Origin: Leptogorgia sarmentosa | Taxonomy: Eukaryota | Length of the DNA: 64,000 nucleotides | Reading direction: 5' to 3' | Assembly: GCA_964658305.1 (NCBI GenBank) | Contig: OZ210885.1 | Coordinates: 10,912,001 to 10,976,000, forward strand | Shown here: positions 27,681 to 39,030 of the stretch, piece after piece | Layout: every line of letters starts with the position of its first letter | Position numbering within the stretch: position 1 is the stretch's first letter | Notes under the pieces: generated by a model | Seen by the model: the letters and a program-made list of their open reading frames with translations, nothing else | Told to the model about the DNA's origin: nothing | Database searches by the model: none | Program-made: the position numbers and the translations under genes

Positions 27681-27971
27681 TTCCATTCGTAAAGAATCCT
27701 CTGCTTTAACTATAGTTTCCAACTCCGACTGTAGTGCTTGCAAGAACACGAACATAATATTTTGTTGATGTATTTAAATTCCTGACAAGCCAATCAGTTT
27801 TCATTGTGTTAAACGTCTGAAAGCAAGGAGCATTTTCTAAATGCGATATACACGCTGTATAACTTGCAATCACGCCATTTCTCATGGTTTTCTCAGGAGG
27901 CTGCCAGGTGATAAACAATGATGTTGCACTTCGTGCTATTGTTCTGATGCTCAATGGAGTACCGCTTGGAG
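27681..27971 (-). CDS. Receptor exon: fibronectin type III with premature TAA at 27706-27708
   Basis: APSGTP...SLFITWQPP..RNGVI..Y...TKYYVRVLAST.VGVGNYS*SRGFFTNG|gtaag. Confidence 0.85.
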
Positions 27972-28812
27972 CTAAAAATGTAATCATGAAAACAATTGCA
28001 TGGGTAATGAATAAATTATACGTATATGTTTTAAAATATTTTTAAATTTCATTCATTGTATTTCTCAGGACAAAAACTAGAAACAGTCCTGTACTCAATG
28101 CAATGTATGTGATATAATTGATCGGGGTCGTTCGGCTTGAATGTTGTGTAGCCAGCTGTAAATAGTTAAACTTAATTAAATTAATTATTTAATTAATAGT
28201 TAAACTAAAACATCGATTAAATGTGTAGTTCTATTGAAGTTGTCATGTTTTGACAGAAAAGATCACTTTGTTCGTAGTCTATCGTCAGGGACGCCGAGAG
28301 AAATCGCGGTGCCCGGGGCAAACTTTCCTCTAGGGACCCTATGACGATTTTTTTCACAACAGCGGAAAATACAAATGTAATACCAAGGCATTGCCAATAG
28401 CCCGTTTGGTGAGGGAATGTTTTAGTTAAACACCCTGGCGGTGTGAACCACTTAGGGAGAGACATTTTATTGTTCATATATTTTACTACGAAGCCATTTG
28501 GCTGTACCACCATGGTTGGCACCGAGGCAAGAGATTTTTGACATTTAGGACCTTTAGATCGCCGGAAACAGCCATTTCAGAATCTTAATTTCACCTTTTT
28601 TAGTAGGTTCTTTCAGTTGCACGAAAGGAGTGTTTCTTTAACATAACGTGTTCGTTAACTTTATGGGCCCGTGATAGATTTGGGGCATTATCTAAGTCTG
28701 GACCCCGGGGTAAGTTACCTTCTTTTTGTCCAACCGCATGGTCTAAATGGACCACCATGCCCTTCCGCCATTTTAATCTGAACGCTCTTTAAACAGTTCT
28801 TGCATCACTCAC

Positions 28813-29103
28813 CTTCCTCATGCGTAGAAAACGATGTAATAGCAGATTCTTCACTAAACCCACGAGAATTTCCAGCAGTTACTGATATCTCGTATGCAGT
28901 AAACGGAGTGAGATTATTTATTTGAAATTCATTCCCTTTTTTTGTGGTAATATCACGAAATCGCGAGTTATTTTTCTTCAGTTTTATCCAGAATTTTGAT
29001 ATATTAAATATTCCTTTGTTTTGGGGATCTATCCAAGATATTCTAACGCTTCTGGACGTGATATTACTGACGCTGAGGTTTTTAGGTTTGTCTGGAAACA
29101 CAG
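28813..29103 (-). CDS. Receptor exon: fibronectin type III
   Basis: PDKPKNLSVSNITSRSVRISW...NLTPFTAYEISVTAGN. Confidence 0.9.
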
Positions 29104-29699
29104 CTAGAGAAGAAAGAACAAATTCTACAATTGGAATTGTATTAATTTTGTCTGGAAAACATTAGATAGCAACAAAAATTATTTGTTTAATAAAGCGAGA
29201 ACATTATTTAAGAGTTTTCAATTGATGCAATTTTATTTGAAGAAAAATGAAACCCGTAGGAATATTTTTCCCGGTAGACAAATTTTATTCGCTACTACAC
29301 AGCCAGCGAAACTGATATGTACATACACGTACACTATATTTATTGTACAGCTTAGTACTATCTGCTATAGAACTAGGTGCCATGGTTTCGAAAATAATTG
29401 GAGAATGTAGTTAGGAACATAGTTAGGAACAGCTACAGAGGCATGACAAGCTTCGCCTGGCAAAAGTGGGCTCCTCTTGAAAATTCAGCAAACAAAAAAA
29501 TTAAAACTACTTTAAATCATAACTTGTGCATTTTTTTTGGGTCCTCACAAATTAACAAATTTCACGACAAAATTTGAAGAAGTTGATAACTAATGTAGAT
29601 TTAAGACTGTGAAACCTGTCTTCTCTATACGGAAATTTAGCGTTCATACATCTTCGAAATTTTCCCGCTCAAGGAAATCGTCAACCATAACCCTCAACA

Positions 29700-29861
29700 C
29701 AGTGCCGTAGCCAGAACGATAATTGGCGGGGGGGGGGGGGGGGGGCATATTCATATATTTATGTTCTGCGTTATTAATTTCTCTTCAAATCGATTGTTTT
29801 TATGGTATGTGAACACGAAAATATACATATGCCCCCTATTATCGTTCTGGCTACGTTCATG
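29700..29861. mobile_element. hAT-type MITE
   Basis: CAGTGCCGTAGCCAGAACGATAA / TTATCGTTCTGGCTACGTTCATG; 8-bp TSD CCTCAACA. Confidence 0.85.
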
Positions 29862-29864
29862 CCT

Positions 29865-30100
29865 CAACAATAAACATTATCCTCAGACATAGTACTTAAC
29901 GATAATCCTCAACCATAATACTCAACAACTATCATCAACCACCATTAAACCTCAACCATTATCCTGAAGCATTATCATCAGCCATCATTCTCAACCATTA
30001 TCCTAGCCTCAACCATGACATCAATCAAAATCCTCAACCATCATCCCCAACCATCATCGTCAGCAATGATCCTCAACCATATTCCTCAATCATAATCTTC
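29865..30100. repeat. Degenerate ~13-bp tandem repeat (CCTCAACCATCAT-like)
   Basis: Recurring tcaaccat cores. Confidence 0.7.
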
Positions 30101-30800
30101 AATAAGATTCGCCCTCCCCTATTTTCAGTCATGCCCATCGGTAAAATGAAAATATTTCAAAGCCCATGTTGTAGTCGTGCCCTTCCCCCCACCATAGGTT
30201 ATTTCTGGCCCACTTAGCCAAAAATTCTAATTAGGCCTCTGATTAATAGCTATCGTTTAAAATAAAAAATATTCATAACGTTAACGAATGTTAACATAAT
30301 CAATAAGGGGGAGGCGTCAATAATAGATTTGTAAATCCATAACCTGTCGAGTTATAACTGGTGAAAGTTATTTTTGGGAGATAGTATTTAACATTGTTTG
30401 CTCAAATTAAAGTACATATTGTTTAGCAAAGAAATCCGTGCGTAAAAATCGTCCAGTCTGGAGATTTCAACAGCGCGATAGTTTCTAGGTTTACCAATTT
30501 TAATTATATCTGTTTTAGAAATTTCTCTGGTTCGCCTATACCGAACGTGTATATTGCAGGGCCGTAGCTAGAGCGTTAAATGAGGGGGTTGTTGTTGTTG
30601 CATATTCATATACTCGTGTTCTGCCCGACAGATTTCTTTTGAAATCTGTTGTTTTTCATTTAATTTTAAAAGAAGAGCTGCAAAATATGCAAAATATGAA
30701 AAACCAATAAACCGGCAAAACACAAAAGAGCCGCATTATATTTGAAGATTAGATTCTCTTCTCGTATCCACCCTGGGAGCATTCTGTCAGTTCAACTTAC

Positions 30801-32326
30801 TTTTACCCCTGAAGTCAACTATCATACATGATTCGCCTACATGGGTTAATGGAATGAGTCGTAAAGCTCTTGTTGTCACATCAATAAATTGCTCAGCTGC
30901 TCGATTGAAAGCATTTTTGTTTCCCTGAAATATCTATAAGTAGAAAGACAAATGATAAGTAGCCACAATACATTACTAGTTATTAAATTCGCTAAAGTGA
31001 ATAGAAGACATAGAATATCTGTTTTAATATAAATTGTAGCCAAGCAAAAAAATAGTGAAAATTAATTTAGTGGACTTTTTACTATGGTTTTGTAATTAGC
31101 GCTTTTATTCAGTATAAGTTCAAAGCATACCATTAAAAGTTGATAAATGAACCTTGGGGCTTCTGTCGAATTTAGTAGTCTACTCATCTGATCATTTACC
31201 TGAACCGAAATATCTCGATTTACTTGAAAACCGCTTCATTCAGAAGTTTGGAAATAACAGTTATATTTCCCAAACATAACCTGTTTTCCACAAATTTGTT
31301 TTAGCAACAAATCATTTTAGGTTATGCAGTTCACTCCAAAATTTGAAACAATTACTTTAATTCTTCGAATTGTTTGCATCGTGAAGACAACATTTATAAC
31401 GTTTGTAGTTTATTATCGCAACACTTTCGAATCGTAAGCCCGGATCTCCATCAGTGCCAATGATATCTGACTATAAATTAAGCAACAAACAGATGTGAAA
31501 GTCCTATTCATTCACACGGTTTTGGAAATGACGTCAGCCTCCGAAAACCACGTGACCAGGAAATGAATGGGAGTTTCACATCTGTATATGTAGTAGCTTA
31601 ATTTATGGTGAGATATTATTGGCACTGATGAAGATCTGGACTTACCGATTGAAAGCTTTTCGATCATAAAATTACGTGGTGTAAACTACAAACGTTAGAA
31701 ATAATTACAATATTACATGAAGCATTATAAACCATTCAGTTGCTGGACATGAATTGTGCTGCCTTTCGTTGATATGAACAAATATCAAAGTAAACATTTA
31801 GACTTAATATAGCTAAAAGCAAGGAAGAGCTTTTCAGTTTTCACTCAATTTTATGTTCGAATATCATCGACCGTTTTATGTTGTCTCTATCTTTTATATC
31901 TTATATTTTAACTTCCACTCCAATTAAAAAAATTCTCAATATTTTGGAAGTCAGGATAGTAGCCCACAGACTCTCCCCACGGCTCCACGGGCTCACACCT
32001 GAAATGGTCTTCCTCATTTTGGATGCGAGATATATTTTTTCTCACCTTGGGCAGTGTTTTCCAGTTTTTCAAATCAATGGTATAATTCAGTTTGTATGTG
32101 GCCACCCATTTTTTGCTTTTGCTGTCACCATATGTGACTAAGTAATCGAGACGGTAGCTTCTTCCTAAATCTACTTGAAGAAAATGTTTTCCAACAGGAG
32201 CACACCAGGAACTACCACTAGATATTCTTGCATCAGAAGCAGAATGTCTTTTTGAAGAGGCAGAAGCACTGAACAACGAATCTGGAAATTTGTGTTTGTT
32301 ATGTAGCAATAGTTCGGACGAAATAC
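30801..32326 (-). CDS. Receptor exons 32046-32326 and 30801-30933: F5/8 type C (discoidin) domain
   Basis: FSASAS...ARI...SWCAP...FLQVDLG...WVATYKLNY..W joined to IFQGNKN...RALRLIPL..CMIVDFRG. Confidence 0.85.
31397..31698. repeat. ~300-bp imperfect palindrome with a hammerhead-like core in each arm
   Basis: TAACGTTTGTAGTTTA...TAAACTACAAACGTTA ends; CTGATGAAGATC...GATTGAAAGCTTT in the right arm. Confidence 0.7.
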
Positions 32327-33308
32327 CTAGAATATAGAAAGATTTTTTGAGGACTTGATTTATCTTATAAATCAAATTTTCCAATAACGTCAATAATTGT
32401 AACATATATGAGCGGAAAATAAATTATCTTTGAACAGTAAAAATAAAAATCCATTAGGTATGAGGGTAAAATTGGCAAAGACATTATACCAGAATTGATA
32501 AAGTGCTCTAAGTTCTAGAAATATTTTATGTCTTTACGGTTATTACTAACAGGTACGAGGTTAATATTGTACAATAATATATGTGCGGTAGTTTAATTGC
32601 CCGATTAAACATATGGGCAAGTGTTTGACTGGACAATATACAGTTTATTCAAACCCAAAACATTAAACGTCCAACTATGAGCGCGATGCACCGTGGAAAA
32701 ACATGGACTGGTTTTGGATAAGGATAACTAACTATTGAAAGCCCATAGAGTGAATAGAGCAATAAGCGAAAACTTGTGCTTTCGATGAAGTGTTTACAGA
32801 GTTAAAATTAAATAAAACCATTTCTCTATATTTGCTAAATTCGAATGCTAAGCACAACGGTCAAACCCCGTTCAGACGAACAAGTTTTCCTTGACAATTT
32901 TCTTGACAAGTTCATTGGCTCATGTGTGTTAGGAACAAATTTTATTTTTGCTAATGAATTTAGTTGTCAAGTTTTGAGGGGCCTTTACAGATCAAATTTC
33001 AGACCTTGTTGATAAGCTGGCATGCCTTGCCTTTGAACAAGACTATTTGTCATACTCACTAGCAAACAAACGTGATGTGCTATTATAACGATTACTCTTA
33101 CGCTTTATACAACATACGCCTTTGGAGGCCGATACATTGTGACTTGTGGTGTATGGATTTTTGTGGGTTATTGGACAGTAGATACTGCAGAAGGCTATAA
33201 AAATGCCGTGGATCATTATAATAATTATCCTCAATCCATGATTAGTGTGAGCAGGATTGTGAGGGTCGTGAATATAGTTGTATAATGAAATTTCTCTATT
33301 CAAAAGTT

Positions 33309-33458
33309 CAGTGGCGGCAGAAGATCGATAATTTGGGGGGCTCATATTCATAATATTCGTATTCACAGACCATGAAAACAATTTCAAAAGAAATTAGTAA
33401 TCCAGAACACGAATATACGATTATGAGCACCCCATTTATCGATCGTCTGCCGCCAATG
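33309..33458. mobile_element. hAT-type MITE related to 29700-29861
   Basis: CAGTGGCGGCAGAAGATCGATAA / TTATCGATCGTCTGCCGCCAATG; TSD CAAAAGTT/CAAAAGTC. Confidence 0.85.
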
Positions 33459-33562
33459 CAAAAGTCAATGTAAAATGGGAAAGGTCGATCAGACTGATCA
33501 TGATTGTGACGTATAGTGAATAGAATACTATCTTCATATTACAGGATGGTATCTGTACTTAC

Positions 33563-33862
33563 ATTCTATATATGATAACTTGGGACAACTTTTGCTGTTC
33601 GCAATGCTTACTGGGCACTGGGATACATATTCTTCATATCCATTGCAATACAAATAGTAAGACAATGCTAGACCTGTGGCTCCAATTGGAAGAGGTACAC
33701 CAACAACGGAATACACTTTCTGGTATCCCAGTTGACGACAAATAGAAATTACGTTGACTTTGTTCACATACGCGAAACAAACGTTCTTCGTCTGCTTATC
33801 GACAGTTATTTGTAAAAGTCCTTTGTAAGGTACAGATGAATATGATAGGAATACATCTTCAA
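33563..33862 (-). CDS. Receptor exon: SRCR-like domain
   Basis: GLLQI...VC...ICRQLGY...LYCNGYEEYVSQC...C pattern. Confidence 0.8.
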
Positions 33863-34609
33863 CTGCAAAAGACAACAGGGAAATTGCTATTCGTTATTTA
33901 CCAAAGGCGCACAAAGCTGGATAATTGGGTTACGGGGAACATATTCATATATTAGCATTTCGGACAATTAATATTTTCTCTGTTGTTCTCACAGACTGTT
34001 AACATACAGGGTGTCCAAAAAATGAACGCAACGAGTATTAAAAATTATCTATTGTAATCATTCCAATAGCCTAATACAAACCTGAATGTGCGCTTTGGAA
34101 AGATATTTTAATTTGTGAAAATGACTAGACTTAATGACCTTAATATAATTATGCACCTGTCAATATTTTGCACTCTTTACACTTGCAGGGGATGGCCAAA
34201 AAAGTAGCATATGCTAAAATGTAGTCGCCTTGGCAAATAAGAGCCTTCCTTCAGAAATATGTGTAAAACCCATTGATTTGTACATGAGAAACCCAATGTA
34301 GATAAATTACATTACTATGTCGTAACGCAATACGCGTGTCTACAGACATGAGAAATACCACAAGCACTGAATGATAAATTTCTCTTGAAAAAGTTCAGTT
34401 CAGAAGAGGCAAAAAATTGTAAAAGATTCCCAGTAGAGATACTGTTTGTACCAAGATGGAGAGGAAGACAAAAGAAAGCAAGAACAAAGGAGCAAAAGCA
34501 AGGAATTTGAAGAAGTTTCCACGAAATCATGACCGTTTTATAGCTCCGCAAACTAAAATAGACACCTACTAAAAAAGGATTATTTTAAGACTAAAGACAT
34601 AGTACATAC

Positions 34610-34912
34610 CACAATATTCTATGTAAGAATTTTTTGCATCAACACATTGATATTCAAAGTGAAGATAATTCGATAATCCTGGACATGGATCTCCCGGGAT
34701 TAATTTCTCATCCACAGTTACGCTACATTCATGTTCACCATCACATTTTCTCTTAACAACACATGTGACATCAACTTCACAAATATAATCATCGCTTGAA
34801 CCACATTTCTTAGTGACTGGCAGTCCACGATAAGATGCGAATTTAACCACCATGTACTGATCTTTAGGACAATTGGCATTCGCCACCATTTCACCATGAC
34901 ACGTCACTGAGC
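34610..34912 (-). CDS. Receptor exon: SUEL/galactose-rhamnose-binding lectin domain
   Basis: CHGE...CP...ASYRG...KRKCDGEHECSV...GDPCPGLSNYLHFEYQC cysteine pattern. Confidence 0.85.
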
Positions 34913-35030
34913 CTTAGGAAAGAATTTGAATTTCGCATTGTTAAAGGTAAAATGCAAAAAAAGCGCATAGCAATGATTCGAGGCCTATTTCCCACCTATC
35001 TTTTTTTTCCTGGTTTTTTCATGTATTTTT

Positions 35031-35553
35031 TCAGCCGTTGAACAAAGACCTCAACGGGTAGTACCCAATATTTCTCAATTGAGAACACGGGTAATGCCCA
35101 CGCTGGACTATCGCCTAAGCTTGCTGGTTCGCGTTTCAGTATTTCTCTTGATATAGTTATATTAGTGTTAGATATAAACCATTTTTCTATATACTAAGAA
35201 TTTCCTTAATCCCAACCCAAACCCTAGAATCCTAACCCTGACCATTGTGGTCACATATAATAAATATTGAGGAAAAAAAAGTTTTCATCACTAACGCTGA
35301 AAAAATGTGCCGAACTGGGGCTTGAACTATAGAACTGCAACGCACCCACCGCGTGCCTTACCACTTGAGCTACATCGAGCTCGCTGCTCACCACTCTGGC
35401 CTGGATAAATGCATATGATTATAGACCCGGGCAATTACTGTTCATAATTTACCAGGACAGGCTACTTAGACGATAGTCCAGCGTGGGCATTACCCATGTT
35501 CTCAATTGAGAAATGTCGGGTACTACCCGTTGAGGTCTTTGTTTAACGGGTGA
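35031..35553. mobile_element. Long-TIR (~85 bp) element carrying a tRNA-like Pol III cassette
   Basis: 35035-35120 is the inverted complement of 35464-35549; internal A/B-box sequence on the minus strand. Confidence 0.85.
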
Positions 35554-36059
35554 TTTTTTTTTCCCACTCTTCAATACATATACTTTTATACGTGTTTAGT
35601 TTTACAATTTTTAGTGTAAAAAAAATCCTTCGAAGAAACCAGGCTTTGAAGAAAAACAATAAATCAGCGAAAATGAAAATAATTATAGTTACTAAACTTC
35701 TTTTTACATTATAGTCGTTCGTGCAAAATGTCTATTCCAGTGGTGACTGGGAAGAATATGTTCCACGCATTTTAATCTCTTAATTTTCACGCATCTACGT
35801 AGAGTTAGACGAAATAAAACAATTAATTGGAAGAGAAAAAGTTTTAACTCTGCTCCTTACCGTTCAAACTATTCAGATCTGATTAAAATTTTCTCGGGAA
35901 GGAATTTCCTATGATAAGTTAAGTTGTCTAACATGCGAAGTATTATTATAATTTTAGTCACCAGTTTGGGTACAACTAGTCCGCCAATCGTTTACATGTT
36001 TTCACAGAGCACGAAACTGTACACTGTAGTAGTGTTTATTGCCTTCTGCAAAAACTTAC

Positions 36060-36545
36060 CGAAACGAAAAAGACGTTTCCATCCTATTTGCCACAATCCA
36101 ATGTAAAGTGATATCCCATATATTCTATCAAGTGTGTAACTATATGTATCCCTTGCGAACCACATTTCAAATGAACCGCTATGTTTCCCTTTATAGTAGA
36201 CTGATAATCCTCCATCAGGGGTCTGTGTTATAGCACGATAGATACTCTCGTTAGGTTTCTGAGCACAAGCATTCGTGTCCAAACTGACTGAGTCCACGAA
36301 GAGATAAAACATATCAAGATTATAACCAGAACCATTTCTGTTAAAAGCAGCGACGCAACCCTGTCTCTTCAAGTTCAACATTGCACCATTATCCCGAAAC
36401 CGAAACTGAGCTGATGGATCAAGGCAGCTGTTGTCCGAAAATTCCAGAAATGACAAATTTCCCCAACTTCCGCTTGATTGTATTTTACCTGTGTCTCTAA
36501 TACATTTCCATTTGTGTGTCTGCTTCACAAAGAAACAAAATGTAC
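36060..36545 (-). CDS. Receptor exon: possible ricin-B/beta-trefoil-like domain
   Basis: Open exon with CLDPSAQFRFRDNGAMLNLKRQGCV; ttttag acceptor and G|GTAAG donor. Confidence 0.55.
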
Positions 36546-37441
36546 CTAAAAAGTTATATAAAAAGGCCCCTGTTGTACTCTTAATACAATTATCTGGGCA
36601 TAGGCAGTTTCACTGGCATGTATGTAGGAAGATATATAGATTTTATAAAATTAATGCTGATAGCTAATTTCTACTTTTACCATTTGGGAATGATTTGGTT
36701 GTCGATAAATTGCGACGCCGACGCGAAAGCCTATACGATAGATTGCCGTTCGTACGTTACACATAGCACCCCTGCATAGCTCTCGCTGATTGATTCTGAA
36801 TTGCATTGCAATGATTTATTTTAACATGCATTTCCAATTTTGCCCAAATTTCGTTATGATCAAGGCTTCAATTAACGTCGGGAGCATTTTTGTTTGTAGA
36901 GGGCCTGACAAGATAATCTCGAGTTCGTTTTATAGTCAATCAGCCCACAAAAATGGCTGCCCGAATAAGAATCAATTTCTGTATTCACTCAATTAAGCCT
37001 TCGTTATTCTTTATGGAACTAGCTGAAATTCCTTAATTATGTTTGGTCATGGCAACTATGCAAGGGCGTCAATTCGTTCCAAAAAGTGGGGGGGAGGGAC
37101 CATAAGCGTACGGGCTACATTTTTTCAGAGAGGGGGCAGAAAGATATTTGCCCGAATTTGAGGGTAATGAGTGTCACGGGGCGCCACCATGGTTGGCGCC
37201 GAGCGAGAAATTTTTGAACTTTTACAACCTCTGGATTGTCGGAAAAGGCGATTTCTAACTCCACTTTCTTGGTACAGTCGTTCAGGTGAACGACTGGAGG
37301 ATTGTTGACATTATTTGAATTTTTTGGGGGGCAATTGCGCCCCTTGTCCCCCCGCCTCGTACGCCTATGGGGGGACAAAAATCTGTCTGTTGTAAAATAG
37401 TAATTGGAAATTTGAAACATCATGAATGATAAGTGGTCATC

Positions 37442-37735
37442 ATGGCGGATGGACATTTATTTGAGAGCTCTGATACAAATTATAATGGAGCTGATATCAG
37501 TTGGAATTTCCTCAAAATACAAGATTATGTGGTGTCTAAGAGTATTACCTACGATGGTAAACGAATAAGTTGGTGCGATAGCTTCGAAACTCTGCAAGAA
37601 TTTATTAAAGTTGCACTTGGTTTTGAGGGTAAGTGGCGTTCATAGGGAGGCAGTTCAAAGAGATTTGTCGCGTACACTTATGACTTTGTCGCTATTTGGT
37701 ACCCTGGCAAACTGAACACCTTATCATTAAGTGGC
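37442..37735 (+). mobile_element. Probable LINE ORF1 5' relic
   Basis: ISWCDSFETLQEFIKVALGFEGKWRS*GGSSKRF...WYPGKLNTL with an internal stop; resembles ORF1 starts of cnidarian CR1/L2-type elements. Confidence 0.45.
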
Positions 37736-37756
37736 ACCGTAAATCTCTTCGAACCG

Positions 37757-37955
37757 TAATTACAGAAAATTGCACTGTGGTAACAGAAAATTACACTGTG
37801 ATTACACAAAATTGCACTGTGATAACAGAAAATTGTACTCTAATTACAGAAAGTTGCAGTGTGATTACACAAATTTGGACTATGATTAAAGAAAATTGCA
37901 CTGTGATTACACAAAATTGCACTGTGATTAAACACAATTGGACTGTGATTTGGGA
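37757..37955. repeat. 21-bp minisatellite (GATTACACAAAATTGCACTGT, about 9-10 copies)
   Basis: Directly visible tandem units. Confidence 0.9.
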
Positions 37956-38694
37956 TTAACTGCACTGAAGTGAACACGCTCGAGTAATTCTTTTATGTAT
38001 ATTATCAAGAAAAAAAGACGCAAAAGATTCGCTACCAACCCCAGTTGGCTCGATACCTATGTCTATGGACTTGCACAACAAAGATGAGGGCATACTTTTA
38101 TGAAATCCCAAGAGTAACGAATGAAAACACACGCCTGTTAAACACGCCACAGTAAATTCCGCAAAATTACAGTTATTTTGTTTTTAGTATTAAAAATCTT
38201 TTCGGTGTTTGTCTATCGCTTACATTGCTGTTTAAAACTCTACCTCTCCAACCGCAATGATTCCGGGAATTATTGAAATACCAATTTTATATTCTTATTT
38301 TTTTCACTACGTATATACCGCACGAATTAAAGACAAACACCATTGATATCCTAATAAAATGACCATTCGAACGGTGGGTCGTGTGCTAGTTAAAACACAA
38401 CACAAAAAAAAATATTAAAGATTGATCGTCGGAAACGTGTGGCAATTACCATTATATATCTGGGCAAAACCGAGTCCAATATCTTGAAATCCATGTCCTT
38501 ATTTCTCCTTGAAGCCGCATATAGTCATGAAACCTGTGTTATGTTCTTTTTATTTTGCGTATTTCGTGTTATTTGCACAAACAATAACATTTCTACAAGA
38601 TTTTTTGTAATTGTGGGAAATTTCCGCACGCGCACGGCATTTACCAAAAACAGGATAAATCACAACAACGGTAACTCCAAATAACGTAAATATT

Positions 38695-39030
38695 TTGATT
38701 CAACGTTTCGACTTTATTTAGTCATCATCAGCAATGGTTATATTACATGTGCATGCGTTATATATACTCTACGTCATTTAATATCTAATTAGAAGAAAAC
38801 CGATAGTTCTCTAGATGCTTTTGTCCCATGATTGAGTTCCTGTTTTTGTCGATGAATGACGAGTGCTTCGTTAATTATAAACAGCAGATTTGACCAATGC
38901 TTAGCCCTGTCTATGATGTTGCAATTGTTCAGTAGGAAGGCTGTTAGGTTAAATTGGTCAGTGTTGGGTTCGCCTGTGTTCAGTTGTAATAGATTTATCA
39001 GATAGTTAAATTGTTCGCAAGTGCTCATTT
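38695..39030 (-). mobile_element. Penelope-like retroelement 3' relic: GIY-YIG C-terminus plus minimal hammerhead core
   Basis: NIIDRAKHWSNLLF..EALVIHRQKQELNHGTKASRELSVF, followed by CTGATGA-T-GACT(aaataa)AGTC-GAAACGTT. Confidence 0.7.

Larger units (their letters stand above)
24843..36545 (-). pseudogene. Multi-exon single-pass receptor gene (lectin-SRCR-F5/8C-FN3x2-RPTP-type stalk-TM-Tyr tail) with two coding lesions; 5' exon not located
   Basis: Exons with canonical, phase-compatible splice sites: 36060-36545, 35861-35878, 34610-34912, 33563-33862, 32046-32326, 30801-30933, 28813-29103, 27681-27971, 26862-26935, 26349-26633, 26073-26127, 24843-25186. Confidence 0.75.

Noticed and set aside
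37696..37959. ORF with repeated ITENCTV
   Set aside because: Translation of the 21-bp minisatellite; no splice or homology support
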